The translations under genes were made by a program, and so were the position numbers. A stretch of 64,000 nucleotides of DNA from Leucoraja erinacea (lineage: Eukaryota), in the NCBI RefSeq assembly GCF_028641065.1, contig NC_073380.1:23312001-23376000 (forward strand), read 5' to 3'. Positions 47,882-60,179 of this stretch are shown here, piece by piece; position 1 is the first letter of the stretch; each line of letters opens with the position of its first letter. The notes under the pieces are model-generated. The model worked only from the letters and a program-made list of their open reading frames with translations, was not told the DNA's origin and did no database searches.

Positions 47882-49789
47882 TTTACCCCATATATAGGGG
47901 CAATAATTGGTGTTAATATTTTTACTGTTGGGTTTCAATATCGTATTGATGTCTAATGATGTTAACTCTATTCTCCCCAAAAATCAAGGCAGATGTGATG
48001 CATGGACTCGTTCCACGGCATGAAATCACAGAGCTTTAAAATCTTCACATAGTCACTCACGTGATCCGAAGTAAAATAGTAAGATTAAACGAGAACTTAC
48101 CAGTTTGAAGTTTGATCTTTATTTTGTGAGGAGGAACGTTGAGGGAATACGTGCCCTCCGCTCCCACCCTTGATCATATCCTGAACTGGTATCTCTTCTC
48201 TAATCTTACTATGTTTAGTCATTACAGTTATCTGTGATTTCACACCGCTGCTTTGAAGAATGACACGCATGCATCCTGGCGGGGTTCTTCACGTATTCCC
48301 TCAACGTTACTCCTCATAAAATAAAGATCAAACTTCAAACTGGTAAGTTCTCGTTTAATCTTACTATTAATTTTAATTGAGACTTTGCAATTTATGTTAA
48401 TCAAGTTTGGTTACGTTTTATAGAAAACGATCAAAACATGACCCTTATTGTTCCAACTTTTGAGCCTTTACTTTTACCTGCATTGCATTTTCAGCCATGT
48501 TTAGTTATAAATATAATAAAGCTCGATCTTTTCAAGAACATTCAGGACTCACCCATAAAATGAGAATTATTTGAATTCTTGTCCATCATTAAGATAATAT
48601 TCAAATACTAGAGGGCAGAGCTTTAGAGTGAGATGGGAAAAGATTAAAGAAGATATGCAGGCAAGTTATGTACCAGGAACACACTGTTATGGTTGGAGGT
48701 TGAAGTACATAAGATAAGGGCACTTAAAATAGTTTTGGATGGGCATGTTTTGTACAGACATTGTGTGCCGAAGGGCTGTACTGTTCTACATTCAAGGATA
48801 AAATATATAGTTGAGACAACAAAGAAAGGGTACTGCAATGGAGTTAGTTTTATTAAAGTACTATTTTATTATCTTATTATTAAATTGTACACGTAACTAT
48901 TCAAGAAAGGTTGAATAATTGTGTTTAACTCAATACAAACATGTATAAATGTATTGACTTCATATGAAAGTTTATTCATGCCACACTGTCCAAACCTATG
49001 TGAAAAACCAAAATAACCTAAAGTAAGAAAAGAACAAGGTATCATTAAAGCTGTTGAGAGTGATGATATAGACTTATGTTTAACACGATAAGATAACCAT
49101 TAGATCATACAAATCAGAGATTTCTAACTTCTGTTAGTGCTGAATCAGATGATTGTTCTGTAACATCAATAGTGCCCATTGAATAAATTAGCACTTTTAA
49201 TTTTAACCATTGACTGCATTCAATTGATGAGACCAGATGAGAATAGAATGCTTCCCCTATGGAGAAAAACTTGCAAACAAATTTAAAAAAATAACAATAG
49301 TGTTTGCCTTGGAGTAGCAAGATTGGAGGGGAGATGGTACTGTTTTATTGAGATATGTTAGTATTCTAATAGACATTATACTTCAGGCAATATTTCTAAA
49401 ATAGGTTAATTACTATTTGCTTACTTCTTTGCTCTGTGAATGTTAGATGTAGCTAGAAAGATGTACATTGTGTGGATGTGCCTACATCATGTCATTCCTT
49501 GGCTACCATGTTTGTTAAATACCTGTGTCCACAAATTGGAATTTATTCATTTTTGACATGCAAATTGGGTTGGCAAGTGGGTTGGCAATTAGCACCACTG
49601 CCCAGACATTTGATTAATGAAAGTAAATCAGGAAAGTGGTTCAAAACTATGCTAAAACATCCAAGAAACAGCTGTAATGTTTTGGGCAATATTTGGATAT
49701 TAGCAATGCTTGAATGGTACAAGTGGCTTTGGTGCTAGTTCAAAGAGAGTTGTCAAGGCCAGCAGATGGTGTTTAGAGAGAGCAAATAA

Positions 49790-50062
49790 TCGGACCCTTT
49801 GGCCCACTGAGTATACGTTGATCATTAATCATCTGTTCCCATTAATTCTATATTATACCAAATCCTCACCCACTCCCTGGTCATTAGGGACAAATTACAG
49901 TTGCCAATTAACCTACAAACTTGTATGTCTTTGGGCCATGGGATGAAACCAAATCATCCAATGGAGACACACATGGTCACAGAGACAACGTGCAAACTCC
50001 ACACAGACAGCAAACAGATTCCAGATCAAACCTGGGTTTCTGGCACTGTGAGGCAGCTCCAC
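49790..50062 (-). mobile_element. V-SINE (HE1-like), degenerate
   Basis: Antisense V-domain GGTCACAGAGACAACGTGCAAACTCCACACAGACAG. Confidence 0.8.
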
Positions 50063-50512
50063 CAGATGGTACATTTGGACAGGTTCAAATAAGAGAATAT
50101 GCATGAAATCTGAAATTATCAGAAAATAAATATAGAAAATTAATGTCCTTTATATGAGAAATCCTTCCAGTATCTCCGACAGATTTTTTGATTTAATATA
50201 AACAAAAAGTTCCCATCTGATGGTTCTTTTATTTTCATGTTCCGTCATATCATTTCTTCTTCCCACAACCTGTGATAAAATAAATACTAACATTGTGGCC
50301 TACGGTAAATCATTCTTCTGCAGCACTCCATGAGATTTGTTCAACTCTTCCATTTGTCTGTTTATTTTAGATTCTGCCGGCTTTTAAAACCGTTTCCTGG
50401 AACATCGTTGTTCCATTCATTTTTCTCTCTCTTACACTTATGTAAGAGACCACTGCACCGTGAGACTTGAATTTTCACTTGAGTTCGTCAGGAAATTCAA
50501 GCATACAAATTA

Positions 50513-51925
50513 AGCCCCTGTCCCACTTAGGCAATTATTTTGGCGACTACAGGCGACTAAGCTGTCGCCACATGGTCACGGGGTGATGCCTGAATGGTTA
50601 TGAGTAGTCTCCTAGAATCACTAAAGAGCCGTAATGTTTTTCTGGTCTAATGTATATTAGACTAATGTCTAATTAGTATAATGTCTATTAGAATACTAAT
50701 ATATCTCACTGTCTTTCTTTAAGAGCACAGTAAATACCCAAATAGCAGCCTAGTTTACTGTGCCATCAATAAAACAGTACCATCTCCCCTCCAATCTTGC
50801 TACTCCAAGGCAAACACTATTGTTATTTTTTTTTAATTTGCAAGCTGGATTTTGAAATGTTCAAAACTTTTCGGCGACTGTGGGCTTTTTAATTTTTAAT
50901 TTTATTTTTTATTTAACCTTTATTTTATTTAACCAGGAGAAGTCACATTGAGATTAAAAATCTCTTTTACAAGAGAATCCTGGCCAAGACAGGCAGCAGC
51001 ACAGTTCCACAGTTACAGACAATAATTTAAAAACAACAGAGAACATATAAATTCATTGGTTGCCCTCTCCCCTCCCTGATGGATATCTACACCTCCCGCT
51101 GCCTTAGCAGGGCAAAGAATATCATCAAAGACAGCTCCCATCCTGCGTTTGGACTGTTCGACCTGCTGCCCTCTGGAAGGCGCTATAGGTGCATCAAATC
51201 CAGGACAAATAGACTCAGAAATAGTTGCTTTCCGAAAATTATAACTACTCTTAATTCAAATTCACACATGCACTGACTTCACAGCCCAACACCCGGACTT
51301 CCATCTGTATATATGTTTATAGCGCCGCAGAATTGTGCAAATATCCCCCCCCCCCTTCTACCTTCTGTTTTTTGTTTTTCTGTTTCTTGTTTTTTGTACT
51401 AAATTATATGTATGCACTGAGTACGAGTAGCTTTCAATTTCACTGTACATGTATAGTGACAATAAATGGCATATCTATCTATCTATATCTATATCGAAAT
51501 AGTCACAGTCAAAACATCATCAAACAAAGCATGTACAGACAGAAGCTTGACATTGCTCATCTTCTCCTGTCATAGGTGCTGACGTAGGTTGTCGCCAGGA
51601 TGACATAGGTTGTCACCAGGTTACATTGCTTGTCACTGGGTGCTGACTTTGGTGAATTCCATTGGCGACTACCTACGTCAACCTACGTCAACAGGCGACA
51701 GGTACCGGCAACTGAATTTACTTCAGTTGTCTTCAGTTGTCGCCGCCTAGGTCGTTGCTTGTTGTAGCATGTCGCGGGTGGACATAGGTTGACTTTGGTT
51801 GTCGTAGGTTGTCGCCTGTCTGGTCATAGGTTGTCGTAGGTGTGGTCATAGGTGGAGGTCCTAAAGGAGCGCCGGTTGTCGGCAGCTTGACGTCGACTAG
51901 GTGGTAGGTTATTGTCTGTGGTCTC
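50513..51925. mobile_element. Harbinger-type MITE, disrupted; left TIR only
   Basis: TTA|AGCCCCTGTCCCACTT left end; internal GGTTGTCG/GTAGGT repeats at 51575-51925; nested LINE pieces. Confidence 0.65.
51052..51495 (+). mobile_element. Rex1 3' fragment
   Basis: IIKDSSHPAFGLFDLLPSGRRYR; ends with AATAAA and (TATCTA)n. Confidence 0.85.
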
Positions 51926-52729
51926 CTCATGCCTCTTCATAAGTAAAATAATGGTGTCCTCTCTGTTGATGAAAACATTTGTTCAAGAAAACACAAAGTG
52001 CTGGAGTAACTCAACAGTTGGGACTCTTCTTCAGTTTGGGAAAATGGTGAACAAAGACTAGAGACAAAAAAGAAGAAAAAAAGGGGTAATGTAAGGAGGG
52101 TTGCTCATTCATTTTCTTTTTATCTGTTCTCAGAATTTGGATAGTGTAGACAAAGTCATATTTATTTCTTCTTTTTTTTCTGAGTAGGTAATGCACATAT
52201 ATTATCACATGGGTAAGTCATTGGTTGAGATTACTGTGCAGGTCTATGGGGCTATGTTATCCTGAATCTGTTCCAAATATATAATGTGATAAATTACTAA
52301 TTATTGGTAAGTGTGGAAGATTATTACTGCTAATGACAATTTTGGCAATAGAAACTGCTAAAGCTAACACAATTGAACAAGGGCAATCCAATTATCATTC
52401 AGTTAAGGATTTTTAAAATATTTTCTAACTTTACATTTTAAAACTGCTGCCAGTGCTTCACTTAACCTATATCTGATCCATATGCCATACATATAAGCCT
52501 ATCATTTTATTATCATATTATCCTTTAATTCCAGCATTTTCTCTTAAACAATTGTCCCACAACACCCTCAGAATTAATCATTGATTTGTACGAAAAAGTG
52601 CTGAAACTGCCTCTTATCAACTTGCACAAATGACATTCTTTAAATTATTGATCTCCAACCACACTTAATGAATGGAATATTTTTACACAGCCACCTGTTC
52701 ATTTTCTTTCAGTCTCTCCATGAACCTTA

Positions 52730-53473
52730 TGGGCCTGTTCCACTTACGTGACTTTTTAGGCGACTGCAGGACTCTATGCGGTCACCACATGGTCGCCACA
52801 TGTTCGCGGGTGGTTGCCGGGCAATCGCATTCATGGTTGTGAGAAGTTCCCGCATTCTGGGAACTTGTCGCGGCCTCATTATGGTCACCGCAAATTTTTC
52901 AACATGTTGAAAAATTAACGGCGACCAGAATAAAGCCGCCATGGAGAGTAGCGAGAATTCTTGTGCCGTAGTTGGGTCGCCAGGAGGTCCTTGTGGGTTG
53001 CCAGGAGGTCGAAGGTTCTCGCAGGTTCTCGTAGGTTGTAGCCGGTGCTGACCGGTGAATTTCATTGGCTCATTGGGAAAAAAAAACCCAATGAGCCAAT
53101 GAAATTGCTTACTGCTTACATTGGGGGGAAAAAACCCAATGTAAGCAGTAGTTTTCAGAACCAAGGATAACAGACTGGTAATGTTAAATGTCCGCTGAGC
53201 TTCACAGCCGTGTATCTCTGGCTTCTTAAAAGTAGTCTCCATTCCTTTTCCCTCCTTCTTCCCCCTTCTGCCTCTTGTCCCCCCCCCCCTCTTTTAAAGT
53301 ACTTACTATACACTAGCCGTCTTAATTACAGCACCAACCTTCTTGTTCATCACAAGCTGATACAACCTTCTTGTCTGTATCACCTTGGCTTTGCACTATG
53401 TGAATTTCACTCAGACAGTGCTCCTCCTGCTTGCCCTATACCCTACCCGCATAACGGGCTGGTGAAGAAAGCG

Positions 53474-53516
<43 letters not shown>

Positions 53517-53579
53517 TGTGTGTGTGTGTGCGTGTTCCACTCTGACAGTCGCCGTTCCAGTTGCCGATTTTCAGGCCCA
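52730..53579. mobile_element. Harbinger-type MITE with shortened right TIR
   Basis: TTA|TGGGCCTGTTCCACTT ... CAGGCCCA|TTA; reverse-complement copy of the core seen in the MITEs at 14780 and 25993; (TG)n at 53475-53530. Confidence 0.75.
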
Positions 53580-53774
53580 TTAGTCTTTTGATATATGTTT
53601 TCAGCCACACTAGCACCACACTAAGGAGAGTGTATCCTTGTGCATCTCTGACAAGAGCTGAAAGCAATACTCAGAATGTGATCAAACCAATGCAAAATTC
53701 AGCACTAACACCACTGCCTTTAATGTTGCTAACATGAGATGATGACTTGTTTCTCTTTCAATAGAAGCTGCTTG

Positions 53775-54096
53775 AGTTTAGTTTAGTGATACAGCATTGA
53801 AACAGGCCCTTTGGCCCAACAAGTCCATGCCGACCATTGATCATCCATTCACGCTAGTTCTGTTATTCCACTTTTGCATCCACTCCCTACAGACGAGGGA
53901 TAATTTTACTGAGGCCAATTAATCTACAAACCCTCACGTCTTCAGGATGTGGGAGGAAACCGGAGCACCCAGAGGAAATCCAAGTGGTCACAGGGACAAT
54001 GTGCAAACTCCTCACATACAGCATCCAGGGTCAGGAACAAATCCGGGTCTCTGGCGCGGTGAGGCAGCAGCTCTACCAGCTGCAAATGTGCCACCC
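53775..54096 (-). mobile_element. V-SINE (HE1-like)
   Basis: GGAAACCGGAGCACCCAGAGGAAA and GTGAGGCAGCAGCTCTACC antisense motifs. Confidence 0.85.
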
Positions 54097-54571
54097 ACAG
54101 CAAAATTCTTCCATCATTTCTGTTTTTGTCTCCTGTACTAATTTTGATCTTAATTTGTATTTATTTGCTGTCTATGCCTTATTGTTCCGGAGCTAATCTC
54201 TTCAACAGTCTCTTTAACAAATTAGATGCATGATATAACAAACCAGTTTATATGATTGTGTCAAAATAATATTCCCAGCCAATTGCATTCAAGTTTCCAT
54301 CCACAGAAAACTAAGAATGGTTTCAAGGTATTTCATTTTAACAGATATTTTGTTATGTTTACTGTTATGTAGGTTTTACTGCTTTGGACTTTTTCTTTTG
54401 TAAATGGTGCCAAAATATGGCGATGTGCATGTGTGAGCTGTGTAGTGCATATGTGATAAATTAAAGAACCATTGATTGATGGATTGCTGTCAAAGCTAGG
54501 CATTGTTGAATCCAGTAAGAATGCATTTGTCTAGGAATGATGGGGATACATGAAGGTGGAAATATTATTTG

Positions 54572-54659
54572 ACAGATTGGAAGCATATGGAATCCTGAGG
54601 TTCCTAAAGTAAAGCCAATCACTTTAGGAACCCCAGGATGCCATATGCTTCCAATCTGT
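54572..54659. repeat. 88-nt inverted repeat (39-bp arms, 10-nt loop) within a degenerate CR1
   Basis: 54572-54610 pairs with 54621-54659 with 2 mismatches. Confidence 0.95.
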
Positions 54660-55188
54660 AGCAAGGAGGTTCTGCAGAACCTTTACAAAACTCTAGTTAA
54701 GTTAGTAATGGAAGATTACAGAAAGATGTGGTGGTTGTGTTGTATAAATTTGCTTAAATAGTTGTCAGAATGAGGGATTTCCATTGTAAAGTTAGACTAG
54801 AGAAGGCGCTGTTGTTCTTCCTGGTGCAAAATTGGTTGCGAGGGGATTGATAACTGTGTACAGAATCATCACTAGTTTAAATAAGATAGACAAAGGAAAG
54901 CAATTCTTATTAGCAAATCATTTAAGCCCGTGGGAAGGCAGATTTAAAATATTGCCTAAAAAATTCAAAGAAAGAGGCAAGGACAAGAAACAAGGAAGTT
55001 GAAAATAAATTCCCCACCTGAAAAGACCTGAAATAAAATCAATTGATGTGTTCAAAAAAGGATTGTACAGACTTCCGAGAAAGAATCATTTGTATAGTCA
55101 TAGAGTCATACAGTGTGGAAACAGGCCCTTCAGTCCAATTTGTCCACACCAACCAGCATGCCCCACCTATACCAGTTCCACCTGCCCA

Positions 55189-55634
55189 TGTAGTAGCCAT
55201 TTAGCTTAACTCAGTATATTATAATTATAACCAGTTACCTTTCATTTTATCTGCCTGTAAATATGTGGGTGGGATTTATACGTTGTCTGGGGCTTGGTTC
55301 GTGGCTAGGATTCTGGCACAGACTCCCAAGTAGTTAGTTTAGTTCGATGAAGATTGTGGGAGAGACATAGTTTACAACCATGCACGAGCATGACCACGAG
55401 TATGATTGAAATGTACTTATACAAGAAGAAGCTTTTATAACTACAATGCTTTTTACTACTAACATAAAGAAACTATTAATCAAGAGCCTATTTTTGGAAG
55501 ATTCATCTTTCGACGGCATTGAATATCTCATGGAGGGCTCGTGGGTGCGTAAGATTACCTTCTGACCGATACTCAGCAAATTAGTGACTATCGAGGACTA
55601 AATCCTTGAGACGTCATAGAAGACTGTCACTACA
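55189..55634 (-). mobile_element. Solo LTR inserted in a CR1 3' end
   Basis: TGTAGT...ACTACA termini with GCCCA flanking both sides (55184-55188, 55635-55639); orientation tentative. Confidence 0.7.
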
Positions 55635-56498
55635 GCCCATATCCCTCTAAACCTACCCAATCCATGTAATTGTCTAAATGTTTCTTAAACGTTGTGAATG
55701 GGATTCATCTACTAGGGACTACCATCAACTCAATAGGCTGAACAGTTTCTTTCTGTACTATTATAATTTAGGGATTCAACGATATGGGACAAGCCTTTGA
55801 TTATGTAGGATGGTTTTCTGAAGCAGCGTAATGTACATCACTAACTTAATGCACAGCGTCAATTGCGTGCAAATCACTAAGAGACACCTTGTCCAAAAGC
55901 TTGTGCGTGACAAGATAGGCAGAAACATATATAGCTGACTTTTAGCAAAAGCTAGCAAGGCCACTTTGTAAATTGCAATTAACTTTAGCTAATAGGGTAA
56001 ACCTAATCTGTAATTTGCTGATCAGAAATGTCGGCAGTTAACAAAAAAAAAGACAAACTTTTGTTTGCTGCAAAAAATTAACGCATCAGAGACAGATTGA
56101 AAGTCACAACTTTGACCATTGCAACAATAACATCACGGGAACAAAGAAAAAGTAAAAGATGCTAACCATATCAAAATAATGACTGGTATAAAAATTGAAA
56201 ATAAATTGTGTTATCCGCAGGAGAGAATAAATTTGGGGGGGGGGGGGAACAATCGAAAACGTCCCAGTGTAAATTGTTTATTTATCTGTGATATGAGCCA
56301 TATTTGACTGTGTTGAATGTTATTTAAAGAAGACAATTGAGTGCTAATTAATTTTGATGCCAGATTTTGAACGTTAGTTTGTTCATGGTTAAATAAAATA
56401 GTCATAGAGTCATACAGCATGAATACATAACAATAAACTCTCTTGAATCTTGAATCGTGAATCTCTTGAATCTTGAATCTTCTGCCCAACTTGTCCAC

Positions 56499-57074
56499 TG
56501 TTATGCGCTCCCTCTGCTGGTGTTAATTTTGTACTAACCTGTTTCTCTAATTTCCACTAGTACCTCTTGCTGCCTGGTTGCTCCTGTACCTGATTGGAGA
56601 CTCCTGGCCCAAGCTGCATCACATGAACCTGATGACAAGCCTCAGCTTTAAGAGAGCTGTGCACTGGCAGTCTCTCAAAGATCCCTCTCTCTCGTCCCCC
56701 TCAGACTGGTGGCAGCAGTCTGGTGTTGTTTTGGGTTGTTTGATTCATTGCATAGTTTTCTTCATGTAATTCTTCATTCTGTATTAACTTAGTTTGCTTA
56801 GGAAGGATGGGACTGGCATTATTGTTTTTGTGGTTTTGTTTCAGGTTTATTTTCACACTGAGGCAGGTTTAGAGTCTCTGGTCCGACAGTCCATTGAGTG
56901 ATTGGCCAGAGCACCATTTATCTTTTGTTTGCCAGCCCATCCGACCCCTCTTTGTTTGTTTGATTCAGGTTTAGTTCTTTTTTTGTTAGTGAAAAATAAA
57001 TAACTTTTGCATTTGAACCTGGTTTTGTATTATGTTATTGGCCTTTGAGGTATTTGATTTTGGTGGCCATAACA
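56499..57074 (+). mobile_element. Solo LTR (576 bp) inserted in a CR1 3' end
   Basis: TGTTATG...CATAACA termini, 5-bp TSD TCCAC (56494-56498, 57075-57079), AATAAA near 56995. Confidence 0.85.
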
Positions 57075-58892
57075 TCCACACCGACCAACATATCCCATCT
57101 AATAATAGGGGAAATTCTGATCATTTAAGAAATGATAACAATTATATTCAATTAAACTGAATGGATTGCAAATAATTTGTTGATATTCAGAAGAATTCAA
57201 TTAAAGTAGGCATTTGCATAACAAATGGAATCACTAATGTGTTTTAATTCAGAGCAGGAGAGTGGAATAAGCAATCAAAGGAATACAATATGGTTCAATG
57301 GTTCAATAATTTCTTTATTATCACATGTACCACTGAAATATATTTTTTGCATACAGCTCAGCAAGACCATCCCACCACATAAGCACCATCACCCTAGTTA
57401 GTACAGCCCATGGAGTCCATATGCAAGAGGTACCATTTTGGTGCCATTTTACATTCCCATCTGCAGTTGGTCACAAAGCCTGTTGCAACTGTTACCTTCA
57501 TTCCGGACGTTCTGTGATCCAATGTTCCTCTCAACACCTAACCCTCTTCCGCCCTTGTTCTCCGAGGGGGCACCTCCTGCCTCGAGGGTATGGAAGGCTA
57601 GGTAAGACCTCCTGGTTCCTCTCACCGAGCCCTTTGTCCAGAATCCACCGCCATCTCACTTCACTTCCTCTCTGATTCCCGATTCACGGGGTGAGCAGGA
57701 GCCGGGCTTGGCGGCCTATCCTCTCAGAGCAAGCCGGGCCTGTCATTGGGATACAACCATATCTTGCCGGGCTGCTGGGCCAAGCCCTAGGTTGCTGCAG
57801 GGCGTTCACCACCTTCCAGGCCCTACACTGCTTACCACCGCCGGTCCACTTATCGGCCTTCGGTCGACTACCTTTTCTCTGGTCCACGGAGTGAGCAGAG
57901 GCCATGCTCAGCAGCAACCTCTCCAGGCTGGTTCTTGTTGCTATGGCGGTGAGCCAGGCCTAAACCGCAGCCCGTCGGAAAGCGGCCTTCTGCTCATGGC
58001 CCTTCGGGAAGCGACTTCAGGAGAAGCATCTTGATCTTATAATGGAATCAGAGTTAATGGGAGTAAATAATTCAGGCAATGGAGCAAAGATGAGAGATTA
58101 TACAGAGGGCGGCTAGCCCAGCATGATGGATTGTGCACAGACTGTGATGTCTTGGTTTAGGTGATAGTTTGTCACAGCAGATCACTCACCTGTAATAAAT
58201 CAGGTCTAATTTACATGAATGTAAAAATATTCTCTAATGGATTAATTATGGCAAATTATTGACAAGGTGATGTAGCCAAAAATCTGCTTGGTGATCTCAT
58301 GCGTAAAAAGCTTCAGGTAAATATACAAATTGAGTTAACTTACACAATACATAGTGAAAAGGAGATGTTAATGAAAGTCAGGAACAGGTCACCTAGGGAA
58401 TAAGCTAAAGTCAAAACTACAGATAGAACTATTTTAGTCAAAACTACAAATAGAACTGGATGAAAGGTTGCAAAGAGAAAATGTTTGAATGATAATTTTA
58501 TAGTTTTATCACCAGTCTGATGAAATAAAAAATACTAATTTGGTCTTGTAAAATATGTTTCTACCACATGATCAAAGTGCCACTCTGGGAAAGGCAGAAT
58601 TACATAAAAGATTAGAGATTTTCTAATTTAAAAGCCAGCTTTTCTATGTTGGTAATAATTAGGAGATGCATTAGTAAGGAGTGATGTGGATTAGTTAGAC
58701 AGAGAGAGAGCTGCCAGATAGTGGATATATATGTTAATCCATGATATTAGACCAGTTCAGGCTGCTCTCATTTGGTTTACATGAAAGAAGCACTCGTGTG
58801 TCCTGTAATGGCTTATCCTTGCACATCTGTTTAAAGGGAAGGGACATTCAGATATATGTTACATGCTTCTATTCCCTGCTCCCATCCGGAAG

Positions 58893-59147
58893 AAGGTTTG
58901 GTTTAATTTAGTGGAAACAGGCCCTACTACCCACCAAGTCTACGCCGACCAATGATCACCTGTATACTAGTTTTATCCTACACACTAGGGACAATTTACA
59001 GAGATCAATTAGCCTACAAACCTCCATGTCTTTGGAATCTGGAAGGAAATTGGAGCACCCGGAGAAACCAACGTGGTCATAGTGAGAGCGTACAAGCTCT
59101 GTACATGCATCGCTATAGTCAGGATCAAACCCAGGTCTCTGGTGCTC
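58893..59147 (-). mobile_element. V-SINE (HE1-like), truncated by a MITE
   Basis: Antisense V-domain GGAGCACCCGGAGAAACC. Confidence 0.8.
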
Positions 59148-59150
59148 TTA

Positions 59151-59427
59151 TGACCCTGTCCCACTTAGGAAGCCTGAGCGGAAACCTCTGGAGACTTTGC
59201 GCCCGACCCAAGGTTTCCATGCGGTTCCCGGGGGTTTTTGTCAGTCTCCCTAATGGTCGAAAGTGGTTTCCGCTTCTTCTATGTTCCGGCGATTATTTCA
59301 AAAAAATCAAAACCATGCCGCGACATAAAATAGGTTGCCGTTTTAAAAATCGGTAATTTTTTAGTCGAAGCCGGTTGCGATGCTAGTTGAAGGTGGTTGC
59401 CGGAGGTTGCAGGTAGTGGAAGGTCTT
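59151..59427. mobile_element. Harbinger-type MITE, one end only
   Basis: TTA|TGACCCTGTCCCACTTAGGAAGCCTGAGCGGAAACCTCTGG, the same TIR type as 25993-26904. Confidence 0.75.
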
Positions 59428-59802
59428 AATAAGGAATAAGGCAGCAAATACAAAAAACAAAATGCTGGAGGATTTCAGCAGCACAAGCATTAGATGCGGA
59501 GGCCAAAGGATGATGATGTTTCAGGTTGAGGCCCTGAGTCAGGACTCTGAATCACAACTTCCTGTTGTAGGCTCTTGACACAAAACGTTAAGCATCCCAT
59601 TGCCTTCACACAGATAATGCCCGCCCTGCTGAGTTCCTCCAGCAATTTGCATTTTGCTCCAGATCCCAGAATCTGTAGTCTCCTGAGTCTCCTGTTTATT
59701 GTGATGATGTTGTGTGCAAGGAGGTAGTCAAGTTCCCAGAATAAAATGGGAACAGTACATAATTATTTGTGATTTTCTTTGGCTTACTGAGGTCATAAAA
59801 TG

Positions 59803-60074
59803 CATTATGTACACAAATCCAATTCATGCTCACCATTGATTTAGAGCACACTATCTTTTTAATGCACACCACTGGTTTAATGCATAGACCCAGTTTAATG
59901 TAAACCACCAATTTAATGCACACCATCAATTGACTGCATGTCATCAATTTAATGCACACAAACTGCCTTAGTACACACTGCCAATTATTGAATAGTACTG
60001 CTGATTTTATGCACTCCAGCAACTTAATTCACACTGTTGATTTAACAACACTCCCAATTTAATGCACCTTACCA
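59803..60074. repeat. Degenerate 18-bp tandem array (~15 units)
   Basis: Consensus ATTTAATGCACACCAYCA, counted by eye. Confidence 0.85.
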
Positions 60075-60179
60075 GAGGTTAATGAATTTAAGCTAACATG
60101 TTTGCATTCTTCAGATGGGAGATACATTTCCTCATTATAGAGAAAAATGTAGAAGTAAAGTTAAGACCTGAATATATAT

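Larger units (their letters stand above)
43778..48368 (+). mobile_element. DIRS1-like tyrosine-recombinase retrotransposon, decayed
   Basis: RNase H remnant LQIDNTTGVAYVNHMG (~46135), LPGKLNLVAD, MT-like remnant (~46560-46880), YR at 46920-47880; 79-bp inverted pair 48075-48153 / 48290-48368; ICR 48058-48076 partly complementary to the left end 43778-43797. Confidence 0.88.
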
